From Eledone cirrhosa (taxonomy: Eukaryota), in assembly GCA_964016885.1 (NCBI GenBank), contig OZ024743.1, positions 104,532,001 to 104,596,000 on the forward strand: a stretch of DNA of 64,000 nt, in the 5' to 3' direction. Positions 61,314 to 64,000 of the stretch are shown here, in pieces. The translations under genes and the position numbers were made by a program. The first letter of the stretch is position 1, and every line of letters begins with the position of its first letter. The notes below the pieces were generated by a model that was given only the letters and a program-made list of their open reading frames with translations, had not been told where the DNA came from and searched no databases.

Positions 61314-61884
61314 ACATTAGTGTCTGCACTTCTGTTTACATGCCAACACAAGACCAAGAATGAAGGGTTCATTCTACTGACATGGCTTTAAAATTGAGGC
61401 TTGTTTGCATAATTGCAAACGAATCAATTGTTGTGGATTGGCAGTATCGGTAGAGGGTCGGACGCCATGCTTTCCAGCATAGTTACGTCCCTTTACGATC
61501 TGAGTTCAAATCCCGCCGAGGTTGACTTTGCCTTTCATCCTTACGGGGGTCGATAAAATAAAGTACCAGTAATGCACTGGGTAATTGCTGGCCTTGTGCC
61601 AAAAGTAGAAACAATTATTAATATATATATATCCATCCTCTTACGTAATCACCTATATAACTCACCCACCCACACACCCCAAAACATTTTTTTTACCCCC
61701 CTTTTAATTTCAGTTTATTTTGATCATGCTTTTATATTTAAATTTATTTCATTCCTTGTATTTTGATCATGCTTTATTTTTATTTTTATTTTTATTTTTA
61801 ATTTCATTCGCACCGTTTCCTTTCGCTATATGTCTCTCCACCACTCCCCTTCACACCCTTTGAACTCTGTTCCCACACACTTCT

Positions 61885-61918
61885 CACCTGAGGAAGGGCC
61901 TATGCCCGAAACGTCGTT
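61885..61918 (+). ncRNA. Minimal hammerhead
   Basis: AC-CTGAGGA-A-GGGC-CTAT-GCCC-GAAACGTC-GT, with AATAAA downstream and then (TA)n. Confidence 0.65.
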
Positions 61919-62005
61919 CCCCACCAACACCCCACTCTCCAGAGCGTGAAATTAATAAACATTCGTTGTACTGCCTCTCTGTTTTGTTCCTGTTCAAATT
62001 GTTCC

Positions 62006-62045
<40 letters not shown>

Positions 62046-62671
62046 ACAGTGACTTTCTCCACCTGTCATTCTCCTCTACTGCTATGCCTTCATCCTGCCT
62101 TGACCATCTGACCACTTCCTGTTGCCCGCGCACCCCACATCTCCCCACTTCCGACCACTACAACCAACGGATTACACACCACCGCTCATCGTTCCAGCTA
62201 TCCACTCCATAACAGGAAAAATATCCGGCATCCCTTCGCACACTCTTCGGAACTACCTTAGGAACTTACCCACGGACATACACTCACAATTTTTTTTTCG
62301 AACCACGCCACCTCATCCACACCACGCGTATAAACACCAACACACGTGCGTACCCCCACATGTACACACTCAGCCTCCAGAATCCTCACACACGTCATTT
62401 GATTTGTCAGACTTAAGCCCACAAGATTCATTGACTTGTCTCTCTTTTCCTCTCTTTACGTTGCATTACTACCATGTTGTTTGTTTCCTTTCCTCTGTTT
62501 TCCTCTGTCCCGATAACTTTATTTAGTTATCGCTCGCACTGATTTTAGGTATCTAGTCTTTAATGTGAAGAAATACCAACGATAATCAGCAGGCTACTGA
62601 TGAAGAACATTCTTGTTTCTCGGTCTATTTTTATTCATATGTTCATATTCGAAACAACGTAGCACGCCATT

Positions 62672-62923
<252 letters not shown>

Positions 62924-62924
62924 G

Positions 62925-62956
<32 letters not shown>

Positions 62957-63055
62957 GTTATGGAATAAACAACATAAGATAATTACATAACTAATAAGCT
63001 CTGTAGCCTACATAGAGCACTCTCTTTTCCTGTACCTTTCCTACGGAAATACTTC

Positions 63056-63141
<86 letters not shown>

Positions 63142-63144
63142 GTT

Positions 63145-63174
<30 letters not shown>

Positions 63175-63175
<1 letters not shown>

Positions 63176-63781
63176 GTCAGGTCACCAGTTGGTGCTACTG
63201 GTAACATGTATCCCAGTACAACCTGTCTCATGGTCGGGTCGTTGGCGACTAAACTGGCAACCCCACCAAGGTTTCTTGGTGAGGAGGGTAACTTTGGACA
63301 TCCTGCAGGAGTAAAAACAAAACCTGTCAAAGGGCAAAGGAGCTCTTAAGAGTCAATGGTCATCAAAAATCACCGGGAGAGATGACCCCTTAGCCTTTGT
63401 CAAGGCAGAATTCTAGGAGAAGGAAAACTCTGATATAATACCTGCCACCCTGATGGTATCCAATGATGTTGACTTGTTCTTCTTTTTGGTAAATATCATC
63501 TTGGTTAAGAGAGTGAGACTGGCTTTGTCCAGTGCCTTTGCTCACCATAAAAGCTTCACGGCACAGGCATTGCTTTATATCTGGAGATCTCTCTGCACTT
63601 GTCGTCACATGGTACCATGGGCCCAGCGCTCTGTGTCAATGATTGTCACAAGTGTAGTGTTTGTACCAGAGTTTTCAAGTCGCTGGTTGGACTAAAAAGT
63701 CACACTCGTTCAGCGCATCGGTAGGGGTTCTCCTACATGGATATAAAGTAGTGGCCGTACTCGAAAACGAGTTGGTAGCCA

Positions 63782-63785
<4 letters not shown>
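63175..63785 (+). mobile_element. Non-autonomous RTE-derived bipartite SINE (about 610 bp)
   Basis: Copy of 5548-6158; 63644-63724 reads CHKCSVCTRVFKSLVGLKSHTRSAHR*. Confidence 0.75.
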
Positions 63786-63848
<63 letters not shown>

Positions 63849-64000
63849 AAATTGAGGTTGGTAATGGCACATGGAATATATAAGAGACAGAATACTTTTT
63901 TGTGAAAAAACATAATTTTATAAGGCAAGGAAATAATAAAGGGTATAAAAAATGACCGGTTTCGATGGGTCTGCAAAAGCCATCTTTTCAAATGTTGATT

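Noticed and set aside
62050-62400. Possible degenerate GIY-YIG remnant (NQRITHHRSSF)
   Set aside because: Only one weak motif; no GIY/YIG or zinc finger could be recovered.

Overview
AT-rich, microsatellite-saturated animal genomic DNA. The SINE types and (TA)n/(CA)n density resemble octopus/cephalopod DNA; this assignment is an inference. No intact host protein-coding gene is evident, and nearly all ORFs in the track are translations of simple repeats. The window holds decayed LINEs (CR1-like, RTE-like, L1/Tx1-like), tRNA-derived SINEs, RTE-derived bipartite SINEs, MITEs (piggyBac-, Tc1/mariner- and hAT-like), a Helitron-like element and three large minisatellites. The main unexplained structure is a set of at least 10 sequence families carrying type-I hammerhead ribozyme (HHR) folds, nearly all inserted in (TA)n. 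They include three 5'-truncated Penelope-like elements with a CxCx5Cx5C + GIY-YIG endonuclease (Naiad-type). They also include ORF-less retrozyme-like units: a 416-439 nt circularly permuted monomer with an HHR and an octamer motif, and a 544 nt unit bounded by two HHRs. Many insertions are head-to-head fold-backs with both 3' ends pointing outward into (TA)n. One 270-bp segment looks like a double snap-back repair scar of a (TA)n break. All folds and alignments were done by eye.
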